A stretch of 64,000 nt of DNA from Bacteroidales bacterium (GTDB taxonomy: Bacteria > Bacteroidota > Bacteroidia > Bacteroidales > Prolixibacteraceae). The notes below the pieces were generated by a model, which saw only the letters and a list, made by a program, of their open reading frames with translations, was not told where the DNA came from and did not search any database. The stretch covers positions 13,311-77,310 of the forward strand of contig JBBQHB010000005.1 of the NCBI GenBank assembly GCA_038323575.1, read 5' to 3'. Every line of letters begins with the position of its first letter. The first letter of the stretch is position 1. The translations under genes were made by a program, and so were the position numbers. Below are positions 1 through 10,978 of the stretch, one piece after another.

Positions 1-222
1 GTCACCGTGCTTAATTCACCCGGCACTATTGATGCTGATTACAGGGGAGAGGTCAAGATCATCCTGATTAATTTGTCGCAGGAAGATTTCATTATAAATA
101 ATGGAGAGCGTATTGCACAGATGGTAATTTCCCCGTATAAGCAAGTAGCCTGGGATGAAGTCGCACAACTCGAAGACAGTGTGCGGGGCGAAGGTGGGTT
201 TGGACACACAGGAAAGCATTGA
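1..222 (+). CDS. dut: dUTP diphosphatase, C-terminal part (5' end outside window)
   Basis: Frame is open from nt 1. Translation [22 protein letters not shown]...GERIAQMV...[10 protein letters not shown] carries the conserved C-terminal dUTPase motifs. Confidence 0.9.
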   Translation, partial: VTVLNSPGTIDADYRGEVKIILINLSQEDFIINNGERIAQMVISPYKQVAWDEVAQLEDSVRGEGGFGHTGKH

Positions 223-244
223 TATGTGCTTTAAAAAAAGTAAG

Positions 245-2020
245 ATGAACAAAACAATTTTTTTTCTTGGCTTAATATTTTCGCTCTTTATTATACTTGA
301 TTCATGTAGGACAACGCAGCAACCTGTTAAAAAGGTGATGCCGGTCGTGCCGGAAGAGGAGAGTAAAAGCCTTTCGCTACTGACAGACGATCAGAAACAG
401 CAGTTTCAGTATCTTTTTATCGAAGGAATCAAGCAAAGAACGATTGGCAATGTTGATGAAGCCATTAAGATTTTTTCAAGATGCCTTGAACTGGATCCTT
501 CCTCTTCGACTTCATTGTATGAAATTGCCAACATTCACCTTGTCCGGGGAGATTTTCAAAGTGCCATGATCATGCTGGAAAGGGCAGTTTCGTTAAATCC
601 CAAAAACCGGTATTATCAGATTTTACTGACTAAAATATATCAGCAGAACAAGTTGTACGAGAAGGCTGCAAATACTTTTGAAGTATTGTCGGAATTGGTT
701 CCTGACAATACTGAATATCCGCTTTATCGTGCCGACATGTATGGTATGGCCGGGAAACTGGATAAAGCGCTCTCCTGTTACACTGAACTTGAAAAAAAAT
801 GGGGCTTAACCGAATCTGTAGCCTTGGGAAAACAGTCTGTTTTTCTCAAACAGGGTAAAAAGAAGGAGGCATACCAGGAGATTGAAAAACTGATCGCAAA
901 ATACCAGGGTGAGACGAAATATTACGGATTACTTGCTGATATGTATTTGGCTGATAGCGTAATGGATAAATCACTTGAGAATTACAACAAGTTGCTGCAG
1001 TTTAAACCTGATGACGGATTTGTCCAATTTTCGCTTGCTAACTATTATCGGATTGCCGGGGACTATTCCAAAACTTATGAGCATTTAAAGATTGGTTTTG
1101 AGGATCCCAATCTGGATTTGGAAACCAAAATTCAAATGTACATTCTTCTTGCCCAGACAGAAGAACATCGGTTAACTGATGTTCAACAACTGGAACTTAT
1201 CAGAATTTTAATTGACAGACACATAGATGATGAACGGCCAAGGTCGCTGCTTGCAGAGTATTATCTGAGTAAGAAACTTAACAAAGAGGCACGTGAGCAA
1301 ATGAGATTGGTTGTCGAAATCAACAAGGGAAATTATTCCTACTGGGAGCGGTTACTGTTCATCGATAATGATTTGCTGGACTGGAAATCCCTGGAACAAG
1401 ATAGTAAAACTGCACTTAAATATTTCCCGGAGCAACCTATTCTGTATATTCTGAACGCGGTAGCGTTGATCCAGACAGGAAACAACAAGGATGTATTTGC
1501 AGTACTGGACTCAGCCGAGGCAAATGCCAACAACAATTCTCAGGTTCTTTCACAGGTTTATACCTACCGTGCAGAAGCATTATACAAACAAAAAAAATTC
1601 GAGGAATCTTACAAATGGTTTGACAAAGTCGTGGAGATTGACCCGCAAAATTACATGGCCATGAACAACTATGCATACTATTTATCACTTAGATCCATGA
1701 AATTGGATGTTGCCGAAAAACTTAGCAATGTTGTGATTAAAAATAATCCAAACAATGCGACCTATCTTGATACTTACGCTTGGGTGTTGTTCAAAAAGAA
1801 AGACTATCAGTTAGCCAGGTTTTACATGGAATCTGCCCTGTCGAACAGCACAGAGGAGAATCCTGTTCTGGTTGAGCATTATGGCGACATTCTGTTTTTT
1901 TTGAATGAAAAAGAGAAAGCTTTACTCCAATGGGAAAAATCATTAAAGATGGGCAACCAATCCAAAGTTTTGCCGGCGAAAATCCAAAAGGTTATTTTCA
2001 TAGAATCAGATGAAGATTAG
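245..2020 (+). CDS. TPR-repeat lipoprotein
   Basis: ATG at 245 gives MNKTIFFLGLIFSLFIILDSC (signal peptide plus Cys). The ORF-track start at 155 would overlap dut. The body is repetitive TPR-like helices. Its position after dut and before DUF4292/M23 matches a conserved Bacteroidota gene order. Confidence 0.8.
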   Translation: MNKTIFFLGLIFSLFIILDSCRTTQQPVKKVMPVVPEEESKSLSLLTDDQKQQFQYLFIEGIKQRTIGNVDEAIKIFSRCLELDPSSSTSLYEIANIHLVRGDFQSAMIMLERAVSLNPKNRYYQILLTKIYQQNKLYEKAANTFEVLSELVPDNTEYPLYRADMYGMAGKLDKALSCYTELEKKWGLTESVALGKQSVFLKQGKKKEAYQEIEKLIAKYQGETKYYGLLADMYLADSVMDKSLENYNKLLQFKPDDGFVQFSLANYYRIAGDYSKTYEHLKIGFEDPNLDLETKIQMYILLAQTEEHRLTDVQQLELIRILIDRHIDDERPRSLLAEYYLSKKLNKEAREQMRLVVEINKGNYSYWERLLFIDNDLLDWKSLEQDSKTALKYFPEQPILYILNAVALIQTGNNKDVFAVLDSAEANANNNSQVLSQVYTYRAEALYKQKKFEESYKWFDKVVEIDPQNYMAMNNYAYYLSLRSMKLDVAEKLSNVVIKNNPNNATYLDTYAWVLFKKKDYQLARFYMESALSNSTEENPVLVEHYGDILFFLNEKEKALLQWEKSLKMGNQSKVLPAKIQKVIFIESDED

Positions 2021-2906
2021 AAATATGAAGTTTAAATTTCTCATACTTTGTTATTTAGGGTTATTCCTTTTCCTGTTGGCGGGATGTAAACATATTGAAA
2101 AGGTCGTTATTGAAAAAAAAGTAAAACCTATCAGCGTCAAACGGTGCATCCGATTAGTGAGTGAAAATGAACTTAAATTCAATACGTTATCGGTCAAAAA
2201 AGTCAGCCTGACAATAAATAATGATGGTGATATCAACTCGGTGAGGGGATTTTATAAAATAAAAAAAGACAGTGTTATTCAGGTCTCTGCCCAAAAACTG
2301 ACCATCCCGGTAGGGAAACTTGAGCTTGATGCCGACTCCTTCAGGGTTGTTTACCATATTGGAAAGCAGGTGATAGCGGGTGTGATACAAAATATAAGCG
2401 ATTTGATTGGAACTGACGTTGATTTTCTGACGATTCAGTCAATTTTAAGTAATCATATCCAATCGATAAAGCAGGACCAGAAAGAATACCTGTTCAAAGA
2501 TTATATATTGACGATAGAGGGAAATATGTACAAAATATCATCAATAAGAGATCGCAGGTTTAACAAATATGCCGGCAATGAACAGAAACTGGAACGTTTT
2601 AAACAAAGAAATGAGGATGAGCACCTGGTCAAGCAGGATATTTTTATTGATCCCGATATTTTTGTCGTAAGAAAAGAGGTATACAATGATATTGACACCG
2701 GAAGGATTGTCAGCATTGAATTCTCTGAATTTAAGGCTTTAGGAGAAAAATGGTTTCCCGGAAATATCCATATATCAATGTACGGAAAGAAAAAAATGGA
2801 TATACAGGTTGAATTATCAAAGGTTTCTATTGACGATGAATCCGATTTTGGTTTTAGTATTCCAGCCAAATACAAACGGGAAGAATTGAAAAATAAAAAA
2901 TTTTGA
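2010..2906 (+). CDS. DUF4292-like (LolB-like) outer-membrane lipoprotein
   Basis: N-terminus MKFKFLILCYLGLFLFLLAGCKH has lipobox LAGC. The alternative start is 2025. The family call rests on size and on conserved synteny between the TPR protein and the M23 peptidase. Confidence 0.6.
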   Translation: MKIRNMKFKFLILCYLGLFLFLLAGCKHIEKVVIEKKVKPISVKRCIRLVSENELKFNTLSVKKVSLTINNDGDINSVRGFYKIKKDSVIQVSAQKLTIPVGKLELDADSFRVVYHIGKQVIAGVIQNISDLIGTDVDFLTIQSILSNHIQSIKQDQKEYLFKDYILTIEGNMYKISSIRDRRFNKYAGNEQKLERFKQRNEDEHLVKQDIFIDPDIFVVRKEVYNDIDTGRIVSIEFSEFKALGEKWFPGNIHISMYGKKKMDIQVELSKVSIDDESDFGFSIPAKYKREELKNKKF

Positions 2907-2924
2907 ACACAAGGTGGGAATAAA

Positions 2925-4142
2925 GTGATGGTTGATCGGGTATGTAACAAATTTGTCTGGCTTTTTTTACTGACCCTGGTTTTTTCAAATTCTTTCGGGC
3001 AATCGAAATCTATTAATGATTTGCGAAAGGAAAAGGAAAAAACGAGTCAGGAAATTGAATACATCAACCATTTATTGAAAGAGACAGATCAGAATGCAAA
3101 AACTTCCATCAACCGGCTAACCATGCTTGAACAAAAGATTCATTTACAGGAAAAACTGATTTCAAACATTAACAATGAATTGGGCTATCTGGATTCGACC
3201 ATTGTCAGAAGTACCCAAAACATGGATTCTCTGAATTCGGATCTGAACATGATCAAAGATCGCTACGCAGGGATGATCCGGTATGCTAGGAGAAACCAGA
3301 ATCAGAACAACCAGTTGGTATTTTTACTTTCTGCAGATGATTTCAACCAGGCTTACAAGCGATTTGCATACCTGAAGCAATATGCTGATTACCGTAGGGC
3401 ACAGGTTGAGGAGATTGCCGCATTAAAGGAACAACTGGGGGAAATTGTCGTTAACCTGAGCAAAAAAAAGTCGGATAAACAACAACTGCTCACAACAAAA
3501 GTAAATCAGTCTGAAAATTATGCCAAACAAAAGGCAGATCAGAAACTGTATTATACTTCTTTACAAAAAAAGGATAAGGACCTCAGGAAGAAACTGGAAA
3601 ACCAGCAAAAAATAGCCCAAAAGCTTGAACAGGAAATTGAAAAGAGCATTGCTGAAGAGGCCCGTAAAGTAGCGGCCAAAGCCGCCAAGGAACCGGGAGT
3701 AAAACCATCCCCTGAGCGGAAAATGTTATCCGATGACTTTTCAATGAACAAAGGCAAATTGCCCTGGCCATTGCAGCGGGGACTTATAACTGACCATTTC
3801 GGGGAGCATCCTGATCTGGTATTGAAACATGTGATGAGAAAGAATTCCGGGATTGATATTACAACAGAATCCGGTGCAAAAGCAAGGGCAGTATTCAAGG
3901 GGGAAGTTACCAAAGTTCTGGCGATAGGCGGCAATTGGGCCATCATTGTAAGGCATGGCAGTTACCTTACCGTTTATTCGAACCTGGCCAGTGTATCAGT
4001 TCAGGCCGGTCAGAAAGTAGAGACCAAACAAGATATCGGAACCATCTTTACCGACCGGGAAGAGGACAATAAAACTGTACTCAAGTTTCAGCTCTGGTAT
4101 GAAAACACCAAGTTAGACCCGGAGAAATGGATCAGTATGTAG
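2925..4142 (+). CDS. EnvC-like murein hydrolase activator (coiled coil plus degenerate M23/LytM domain)
   Basis: Signal peptide, about 250 aa of heptad-rich coiled coil, then a C-terminal LytM fold (GIDITTESGAKARAVFKGEV...IVRHGSYLTVYSNL). The canonical HxxxD and HxH metal ligands are replaced (NSGID; KFQLWYE), as in non-catalytic EnvC-type activators. Confidence 0.8.
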   Translation: MMVDRVCNKFVWLFLLTLVFSNSFGQSKSINDLRKEKEKTSQEIEYINHLLKETDQNAKTSINRLTMLEQKIHLQEKLISNINNELGYLDSTIVRSTQNMDSLNSDLNMIKDRYAGMIRYARRNQNQNNQLVFLLSADDFNQAYKRFAYLKQYADYRRAQVEEIAALKEQLGEIVVNLSKKKSDKQQLLTTKVNQSENYAKQKADQKLYYTSLQKKDKDLRKKLENQQKIAQKLEQEIEKSIAEEARKVAAKAAKEPGVKPSPERKMLSDDFSMNKGKLPWPLQRGLITDHFGEHPDLVLKHVMRKNSGIDITTESGAKARAVFKGEVTKVLAIGGNWAIIVRHGSYLTVYSNLASVSVQAGQKVETKQDIGTIFTDREEDNKTVLKFQLWYENTKLDPEKWISM

Positions 4143-4145
4143 CTA

Positions 4146-4850
4146 TCAGTATTTTGTGAGGTTGGCAACTCTTGTCAAGGCCTGAATGTTGATGATTCTT
4201 ATTTTGCGACCTTGAAGATCAATCAGTTTATCCTGTTTAAACTCAGATAAAAGGCGGATAATTGATTCGGTAGCAGTGCCGACCATGTTGGCAAGTTCTT
4301 CCCTTGTGAGCGAAATCTGCAAAGTATTTTCAGCATCAAGTTCAAATTCCTGCTTAAGTAACAATAATACTTCAGCGAGCCTTTCCCTGACTGTTTTTTG
4401 TGCGATATCTGTAATGTAGTCGTTGGCCTCTTTGAGTTCTGCACAAACAATTTTAAGCATCGCCAAAGAGAATCTCCAGTTACGTTCAATCAGGTTGAGC
4501 AGTGTTTTATAGGGAATATGGCACAGGGTGGCCTCTTCGATTGTCTTGGCAGAGGTGCAGGCAGATTCCTGGCTTAACAAGGAACGATAGGCAATTATAT
4601 CCCCTTTTTTGGCAAAACGTATGATCTGTTCCTTTCCGTCAATACCTGTTTTGTAAATTTTTACAATTCCACCTGTAATGCAGTAAAAACCCGTCAGGCG
4701 GCTACCCTCTTTGTAAAGAACACTTCCCTTCTTGTAGGTGGCACAGACTTTTTCGTTGTTCAGACTATTCATCTCATCCTCGGACAAAGACTGAAAAAAA
4801 CGGAAACCCGTCAAACTGACGTCTTCAGTTAAGTTGCTGTTGTTCTTCAT
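4146..4850 (-). CDS. Crp/Fnr family transcriptional regulator
   Basis: Start at the internal ATG (4850, MKNNSNL...). Has a cNMP-binding beta-barrel region (GSVLYKEGSRLTGFYCITGGIVKIY) and a C-terminal HTH (LTREELANMVGTATESIIRLLSEF). Confidence 0.85.
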   Translation of the reverse strand: MKNNSNLTEDVSLTGFRFFQSLSEDEMNSLNNEKVCATYKKGSVLYKEGSRLTGFYCITGGIVKIYKTGIDGKEQIIRFAKKGDIIAYRSLLSQESACTSAKTIEEATLCHIPYKTLLNLIERNWRFSLAMLKIVCAELKEANDYITDIAQKTVRERLAEVLLLLKQEFELDAENTLQISLTREELANMVGTATESIIRLLSEFKQDKLIDLQGRKIRIINIQALTRVANLTKY

Positions 4851-5042
4851 TATATCAAATAAAGTTGAAGATAAAATTAGATGCCAAATATACAATTTAA
4901 GTACGGATCTGCCAATTCTGTGCTGCGTAACAAAATTTCAGCATGGCCGTAAACAAAAGCAAAAAATATAAAGATTATGGTTATGATTTTAAAACACATC
5001 AAAATTTCAATAGGACGGTCGGGAGTGGCCTCCAAACTGATC

Positions 5043-5609
5043 ATGAGTACATTATTCGTAATGTTCTGCCTTACCGGATTTTCAAAAGATTATCGTGTTG
5101 ACACAAAGGGAAGTACATTAGAGTGGGTGGCTAAAAAAGTTACCGGTCAGCACTCCGGAACGATCACATTCGGAGAGAGTGTACTGAAGGTTGAAAAACA
5201 AAAGATTACCGGCGGTAAATTAACTGTAGATATGAACACCATTGTTAATACAGATTTGACAGATGCCGGTTACAATCAAAAATTGATCGGCCATCTGAGA
5301 TCGGATGACTTTTTTGGCGTAGCAAAATTTCCCGTTTCAACTTTAGCGTTAAAAAAAGTTGAATTCAAGTCAGGTACGGTTTATCATTTTGCTGCTGATC
5401 TGACCATTAAGGGTATCACTTCTCCGGTAGAATTTGATGCCGAGGTCACAGAAGCGGCAGGGCAGTTAACTGCGACAGGTATGATGACGGTTAACCGGAC
5501 AAAATTTGGCATTAAATACGGGTCAGGAAGTTTCTTTGAAGGTTTAGGAGATAAAATGATCTACGATGATTTTACTTTAAATTTTAAGCTGGTTGCTACT
5601 AATAATTAA
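5043..5609 (+). CDS. YceI family periplasmic protein
   Basis: MSTLFVMFCLTGFS signal, then STLEWVAKKVTGQHSGTI...FTLNFKL, typical of YceI-like lipocalin domains. An upstream in-frame ATG at 4977 is possible but less likely. Confidence 0.8.
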   Translation: MSTLFVMFCLTGFSKDYRVDTKGSTLEWVAKKVTGQHSGTITFGESVLKVEKQKITGGKLTVDMNTIVNTDLTDAGYNQKLIGHLRSDDFFGVAKFPVSTLALKKVEFKSGTVYHFAADLTIKGITSPVEFDAEVTEAAGQLTATGMMTVNRTKFGIKYGSGSFFEGLGDKMIYDDFTLNFKLVATNN

Positions 5610-5650
5610 GCTTGGTTTTTTGGTTTTACAACAGGGGATGAATCTTTTGA

Positions 5651-8600
5651 TCATCCCCTGTTTTTGGGTTCATAATTCAGGTTGGTAGGAATGTATTTCT
5701 CAATAAATTGAAGCGAAACCTGCTTTCTTGCAGCGTAATCTGCTGCCTGGTCAGCACCGATTTTTTCAACGCCAAAATATCTTGATTCGGGATGGGCAAA
5801 ATAAACACCGCAAACTGAAGCATTTGGAAACATGGAATAATTCTCTGTAAGTGAAATTCCTGTACGTGCTTCTGTTTGCATCAGTTGAAAAATCGTTTCT
5901 TTTTCTGAATGTTCGGGACAGGCGGGATAACCCGGCGCCGGGCGTATTCCCTGGTATTTCAAAGCGATTAATTCAGCAGGTGTAAGTGCTTCATATTTGC
6001 TGTAACCCCATACTTCGGTCCGGATCAGTTGGTGCAATTTTTCTGCAAAAGCTTCGGCCAGCCTGTCTGACAAAGCTTCCAGCATGATCGCTTTGTAGTC
6101 GTTGTTATCCTCCTTGTATTGTTTGACCAGTTCGGCCACGCCAAGACCTGCAGTTACTGCAAATGCACCGCAATAGTCAGGGATTCCGGTTTCTTTGGGC
6201 GCAATGAAATCACCCAGACAGAGCTGGACTGTTGCCCCCTGTTTTTTCTCCTGCTGGCGAAGCTGGTAAAATGTACCGATCGGTTTTGACCTGGTTTCAT
6301 CGGAATAAAGCTCGATATCGTCAGCCACACTGTTTGCCGGCCAGATGCCGGCAACACCGTTGGCCCTGATCAGTTTCTTTGAAATGATTTCATCCAGGAA
6401 CTGGTTGGCCTCCTCAAAAAGCTGGCGGGCTGCTTCCCCTTTGTCGGGATCGTCCAGGATGGCAGGATATTTTCCCCTGAATTCCCAAACGAGGAAGAAG
6501 AAAGTCCAGTCGATGTATTTTCTCAATTCTTCCAATGGAAAGTCAAGGTAGTATTTGACGCCAGTGAAATTAGGCGAAGAGACCGGATGTTTGACAAAAT
6601 CAGGATGGAATCTTCTCTCCCTTGCTTCCTGAAGCGTCCAGTAAGCTTTAGGTTTTTTTGCGCTGTGTACCTGTCTGATTCCGGCATATTCTTCCAAATT
6701 TGCTTTCAAAAAAGCAGGAGAACCTGAGAGGAGTTCAGCCACTACCTGGACAGACCGCGAAGCATCTTTGACGTAAAGGGTCGTTTTGCTGTATTCGGGG
6801 GCAATTTTAACCGCTGTGTGAATTTTAGAGGTCGTTGCACCACCGATCAGCAAAGGTTTAATGAATCCTCTCTTTTCCATCTCCTTTGCCACATTCACCA
6901 TCTCTTCCAGTGAAGGGGTAATCAGACCGCTCAAGCCGATGATATCGACCTGTTCATTAATGGCAGTTTCAAGTATTTTTTCGCATGGAACCATGACGCC
7001 AAGATCAATCACCTCGTAGTTGTTGCAGGAGAGAACAACGCCGACTATGTTCTTTCCAATGTCGTGCACATCTCCTTTGACGGTGGCCAGCAGTATCTTT
7101 TTCCTGACTGTAACTTTGTTCGGAAGCAATTTCTTCTCCTCCTCTATATAAGGCTGAAGCCACGCAACGGCTTTTTTCATTACCCTTGCCGACTTGATGA
7201 CCTGCGGAAGGAACATTTTACCTGATCCGAAAAGATCACCAACTATGTTCATGCCATCCATTAACGGCCCTTCGATGATGTTAAGGGGTGAGTCGTACAT
7301 TGGCATAAGATCACGCACATCGTCTTCGATGAAGTCGGTAATTCCCTTCACCATGGCATGTTCTACACGCTCTGCGAGAGATAATTCCCTCCAGGCTTCT
7401 ATTTTTTCCTCCTTTTCGTCTGTATGCTTGTTTTTTTCTGAGAACTCAAGCAGCCGTTCCGTAGCATCAGGCCGTTTGTTTTGTACAAGATCTTCGACAA
7501 GTTGAAGCAGTTCAGCCGGGATTTCATCGAAGATCTGGAGCATACCCGGATTTACAATTCCCATGTCCAGACCTGCCTTAATGGCGTGGTACAGGAATAC
7601 GGAATGGATAGCTTCCCTGATGGTATTGTTTCCCCTGAAGGAGAAGGAGACGTTCGAAATACCTCCGCTTACTTTGGCATAAGGAAGGTGCTTTTTGATC
7701 CAGGTGGTTGTCCTGAAGAAGTCGACGGCATAGTTGTTATGCTCCTCCAATCCGGTACCAATGGTGAGGATATTAGGATCGAAGATGATGTCTTCGGCCG
7801 GGAAATGAACGGTGTCGACCAGAATATGGTAAGCTCTTTCACAGATAGCGATCCTTTGTTCGTAAGATGTTGCCTGACCCTCTTCATCGAAAGCCATCAC
7901 TACAACTGCAGCGCCGTAGTCCCTTATCTTCCGGGCCTGACGGATAAACTGCTCCTCGCCCTCTTTCAGGCTGATGGAATTGACGATCGATTTACCCTGG
8001 ATACATTGTAATCCGGCTTCTATTACTTCGAATTTAGAAGAGTCGATCATGATGGGCAATCTCGAAATATCTGGTTCGGATGCGATCAGGTTCAGAAACC
8101 GGACCATCTCTTTTTTGGCATCAAGCATGGCATCGTCCATGTTAATATCGATGATTTGGGCTCCGCCTTCTACCATATCGCGGGCAACAGAGAGCGCTTC
8201 ATCATATTTTCCGTCGCGGATCAGGCGGGCAAATTTGATAGAGCCGGCCACGTTGCACCGCTCTCCGATGTTCACAAAATTAGTGAGTTTATCTACCGTA
8301 AGCGGTTCGAGACCGCTCAGACGGGTTACTTTTTCCGGTTTGGATTTGATGTGTGGCTTTGCTTTTTCGGCCAGTTTTACCAATTCCCGGATGTGATCCG
8401 GCGTAGTGCCGCAGCAGCCTCCAATGATGTTAACCGTGCGGTTATCTGTAAATTCGGCCACCTGGAGGCTCATCGTTTCGGGCGTTTCGTCGTATTCCCC
8501 GAATTGGTTGGGCAATCCGGCATTGGGATGGACGCTGACGTAGAAAGGGGCTTTCCTGCTAAGTTCTTCCAGGTATGGCCGCAGGTCTTTGGCACCGAAG

Positions 8601-9331
8601 GAACAGTTCAGTCCGATGGTGAGCAGATCGATGTGTGATACGGAATTGAGGAATGCCTCGATGGTTTGGCCCGAGAGGGTCCGGCCGCTTTTATCGGTGA
8701 TGGTCCCGGAAATCATCACGGGAAGCTTGATCCCTTTCTCCTCAAAGATTTCGCTGATAGCGACCAAAGCCACTTTGCAGTTCAGGGTATCGAAGATGGT
8801 TTCGACCATTAAAAGGTCGACTCCGCCTTCCAGTAAACCTTCCACCTGTTCACGGTAGGAGTGTTTTAATTCCTCAAACGAGATTGAACGGAAACCCGGG
8901 TCGTTCACATCGGGCGACATAGAACAGGTTTTGTTGGTCGGACCGATTGATCCGGCTACATATCTTGGTTTTTCGGGGGTTGAAAATTTTGCAGCGGCTT
9001 CGCAGGCAATCCTGGCAGCTTCCCTGTTTATTTCCCGGACAAAGTCTTGCGTTCCATAGTCGCTTTGCGAGATGGAGGTGGCATTGAACGTATTGGTTTC
9101 CAGTATATCTGCACCGGCTTCCAGAAAGGCCTCATGTATATTTTGAATGGCTTCCGGATGACTTATGCAGAGCAAATCATTGTTTCCTTTGAGTGAGGAG
9201 TTCCAGTTTTTGAATCGTTCTCCCCGGAATTCGGCTTCCGAAAATTTGTACTGCTGGATCATGGTTCCCATGGCACCATCCAATACGAGCACCCTTTTTT
9301 CTAATACTTTGCGGATATCCGGTTTTGTCAT
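5651..9331 (-). CDS. metH: Cobalamin-dependent methionine synthase
   Basis: 1226 aa with all modules: Hcy-binding, pterin-binding, B12 cap/binding with the DxHxxG motif ([11 protein letters not shown]), and a C-terminal AdoMet reactivation domain. Confidence 0.97.
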   Translation of the reverse strand: MTKPDIRKVLEKRVLVLDGAMGTMIQQYKFSEAEFRGERFKNWNSSLKGNNDLLCISHPEAIQNIHEAFLEAGADILETNTFNATSISQSDYGTQDFVREINREAARIACEAAAKFSTPEKPRYVAGSIGPTNKTCSMSPDVNDPGFRSISFEELKHSYREQVEGLLEGGVDLLMVETIFDTLNCKVALVAISEIFEEKGIKLPVMISGTITDKSGRTLSGQTIEAFLNSVSHIDLLTIGLNCSFGAKDLRPYLEELSRKAPFYVSVHPNAGLPNQFGEYDETPETMSLQVAEFTDNRTVNIIGGCCGTTPDHIRELVKLAEKAKPHIKSKPEKVTRLSGLEPLTVDKLTNFVNIGERCNVAGSIKFARLIRDGKYDEALSVARDMVEGGAQIIDINMDDAMLDAKKEMVRFLNLIASEPDISRLPIMIDSSKFEVIEAGLQCIQGKSIVNSISLKEGEEQFIRQARKIRDYGAAVVVMAFDEEGQATSYEQRIAICERAYHILVDTVHFPAEDIIFDPNILTIGTGLEEHNNYAVDFFRTTTWIKKHLPYAKVSGGISNVSFSFRGNNTIREAIHSVFLYHAIKAGLDMGIVNPGMLQIFDEIPAELLQLVEDLVQNKRPDATERLLEFSEKNKHTDEKEEKIEAWRELSLAERVEHAMVKGITDFIEDDVRDLMPMYDSPLNIIEGPLMDGMNIVGDLFGSGKMFLPQVIKSARVMKKAVAWLQPYIEEEKKLLPNKVTVRKKILLATVKGDVHDIGKNIVGVVLSCNNYEVIDLGVMVPCEKILETAINEQVDIIGLSGLITPSLEEMVNVAKEMEKRGFIKPLLIGGATTSKIHTAVKIAPEYSKTTLYVKDASRSVQVVAELLSGSPAFLKANLEEYAGIRQVHSAKKPKAYWTLQEARERRFHPDFVKHPVSSPNFTGVKYYLDFPLEELRKYIDWTFFFLVWEFRGKYPAILDDPDKGEAARQLFEEANQFLDEIISKKLIRANGVAGIWPANSVADDIELYSDETRSKPIGTFYQLRQQEKKQGATVQLCLGDFIAPKETGIPDYCGAFAVTAGLGVAELVKQYKEDNNDYKAIMLEALSDRLAEAFAEKLHQLIRTEVWGYSKYEALTPAELIALKYQGIRPAPGYPACPEHSEKETIFQLMQTEARTGISLTENYSMFPNASVCGVYFAHPESRYFGVEKIGADQAADYAARKQVSLQFIEKYIPTNLNYEPKNRG

Positions 9332-9334
9332 GAC

Positions 9335-10744
9335 TTAAATGTTGGGCTGTTTTAATGTTTTGACTATTTCACGGGCTATCAGTACGCCGTTCACTGATGC
9401 CTGCATCAGTCCCCGTGTAATTCCGGCACCATCTCCTCCAAAGTAAAGATTTTTGACGGAAGGGCTTTGAAATGTACGGTCAACCTTGACGATGTTGGAA
9501 TAGAATTTAACTTCAACGCCGTAAAGGAGTGTTTCATCGCTTGCCAGTCCCGGGCTTACCTTATCGAGTGATTTGATCATTTCGATGATGTCGAACAGGA
9601 TGCGATGGGGCAAAACCAGGCTAAGGTCACCCGGTACGGCATCTTTCAGTGTAGGGATAATATTGTTGCGGTAGAGCCGGTCGGCAGTAGTACGGCGGCC
9701 GCGGATCAGATCGCCAAACCGCTGAACCATGATTTTATTCCTGGTAAGCATGTTGGCCAGCCGGGCTATGTGACGGCCGTACTCAATGGGTGCGTTGAAG
9801 GGTTCGGTAAATTTTTGAGAAACCAACAAGGCAAAATTTGTATTCTCACTTTTAAGGTCTTTGTAACTATGCCCGTTCACCACAGCCAGGTTGTTGTCGT
9901 AATACTCGGAGGAGACAAATCCGCCCGGATTGGAGCAAAAAGTACGCACTTTGTCGTCGAATGTACGGGTATAATGGATCAGTTTAGCCTCATAGAAATT
10001 ATCGTTGATCTCCTGCATCACCTCGTTCCGGCATTCCAGTCTCACACCGATGTCCACGATACCCACGTCAACCGGAATAGATTGAGCAGCACATTGTTTC
10101 ATGAGCCAGTCGGACCCGTCCCTGCCGATGGTCAATACCACGTTTTGACCCAGGTAGGTTGCATGAGCAGTTTTTACCCCGTAAACAATTTGATCTTCAA
10201 TCAGGAATTCGGTCACAGGGGAATTAAGCTTAACCGCTACCCCTTTTAATTTGATATGTTCGAACAGAGAACGGTAAAGTTCCTGTGTTTTTTCTGTACC
10301 AAGGTGCCTTACGGGACAATGCACCAGTTTAAGGTTTGCCTCAATTGATTTTCTCCCGATTTCGCGCATAGCCGGTGTTTCTGTCAAACCATGAATGTCG
10401 GTGTCTGCCCCGAATTTAAGGTAGATATCATCGGTATAACTGATCATTTTTATGGTTTCTTCCACCCCGATGTAGTCGGGCAAAGTGCCGCCAACTTCAT
10501 GCGAAAGCGAAAGTTTGCCATCAGAAAATGCACCCGCTCCTGCCCATCCGGTAGTAATGGAGCATGGATTGCAGTTTACACAGGTCCCGCCGTTGGTATG
10601 TTTCGGGCATTTTCTCTTGTAGATGTCCCTGCCCTTTTCAAGCATCAGGATGCTTAAATCTGAATGTTCCCTGGTTAATTCGTATGCAGCAAAAATTCCT
10701 GCAGGACCTGCTCCTACTATGATTACGTCGTATTTTTTCTCCAT
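9335..10744 (-). CDS. NAD(P)/FAD-dependent oxidoreductase (uncharacterised FAD-dependent dehydrogenase type)
   Basis: N-terminal dinucleotide fold YDVIIVGAGPAGIFAA and a C-terminal GGDGAG motif. The stop is 3 nt before the metH start, so the two are probably co-transcribed. Confidence 0.8.
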   Translation of the reverse strand: MEKKYDVIIVGAGPAGIFAAYELTREHSDLSILMLEKGRDIYKRKCPKHTNGGTCVNCNPCSITTGWAGAGAFSDGKLSLSHEVGGTLPDYIGVEETIKMISYTDDIYLKFGADTDIHGLTETPAMREIGRKSIEANLKLVHCPVRHLGTEKTQELYRSLFEHIKLKGVAVKLNSPVTEFLIEDQIVYGVKTAHATYLGQNVVLTIGRDGSDWLMKQCAAQSIPVDVGIVDIGVRLECRNEVMQEINDNFYEAKLIHYTRTFDDKVRTFCSNPGGFVSSEYYDNNLAVVNGHSYKDLKSENTNFALLVSQKFTEPFNAPIEYGRHIARLANMLTRNKIMVQRFGDLIRGRRTTADRLYRNNIIPTLKDAVPGDLSLVLPHRILFDIIEMIKSLDKVSPGLASDETLLYGVEVKFYSNIVKVDRTFQSPSVKNLYFGGDGAGITRGLMQASVNGVLIAREIVKTLKQPNI

Positions 10745-10978
10745 TGATGTGATTTAATCTATTCCTCCGAACAGGAAGACGATCTGCTGAAAATCAATTT
10801 TTTTTGCCTGTAGGGAGAACAACCCGGCAAAGGTATAAATTTTAAACACAGATGGTTTAGCCTGAAAAAACAACGTATCAGGTGGCGGTTGGCGGGAATT
10901 GATTTTTTATTAATTTTCGATGCTTTTAATACATGCATTTTTTTTGAACAAAACCCGGATTACCAAACGAGAGGAAAT

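Noticed and set aside
155-244. N-terminal extensions offered by the ORF track. Examples: 155 for the TPR gene, 4895 for Crp/Fnr, 10889 for the AKR, 19549 for the SMP-30-like gene, 34775 for hsdS, 39964 for GT2, 47000 for GH105, 54132 and 62876 for sulfatases, 26044 for the small protein.
   Set aside because: In each case an internal ATG yields a proper signal peptide, TAT motif or conserved N-terminus and removes overlap with the neighbouring gene. The longer versions read through intergenic or neighbouring coding sequence.
7481-10249. Plus-strand ORFs of 140-214 aa opposite metH and the FAD oxidoreductase (for example 7481-8011, 8156-8638, 9605-10249).
   Set aside because: Antisense shadows of highly conserved genes with no motifs. 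The conserved frames on the minus strand explain the open reading.
10745-10900. Possible cobalamin (or SAM) riboswitch upstream of the oxidoreductase-metH operon.
   Set aside because: Read on the minus strand, only a weak GCCACCTG resemblance to the B12 box is present, without the other conserved cobalamin-riboswitch segments. B12-dependent metH is also not the usual riboswitch target. Infernal/Rfam could settle it.
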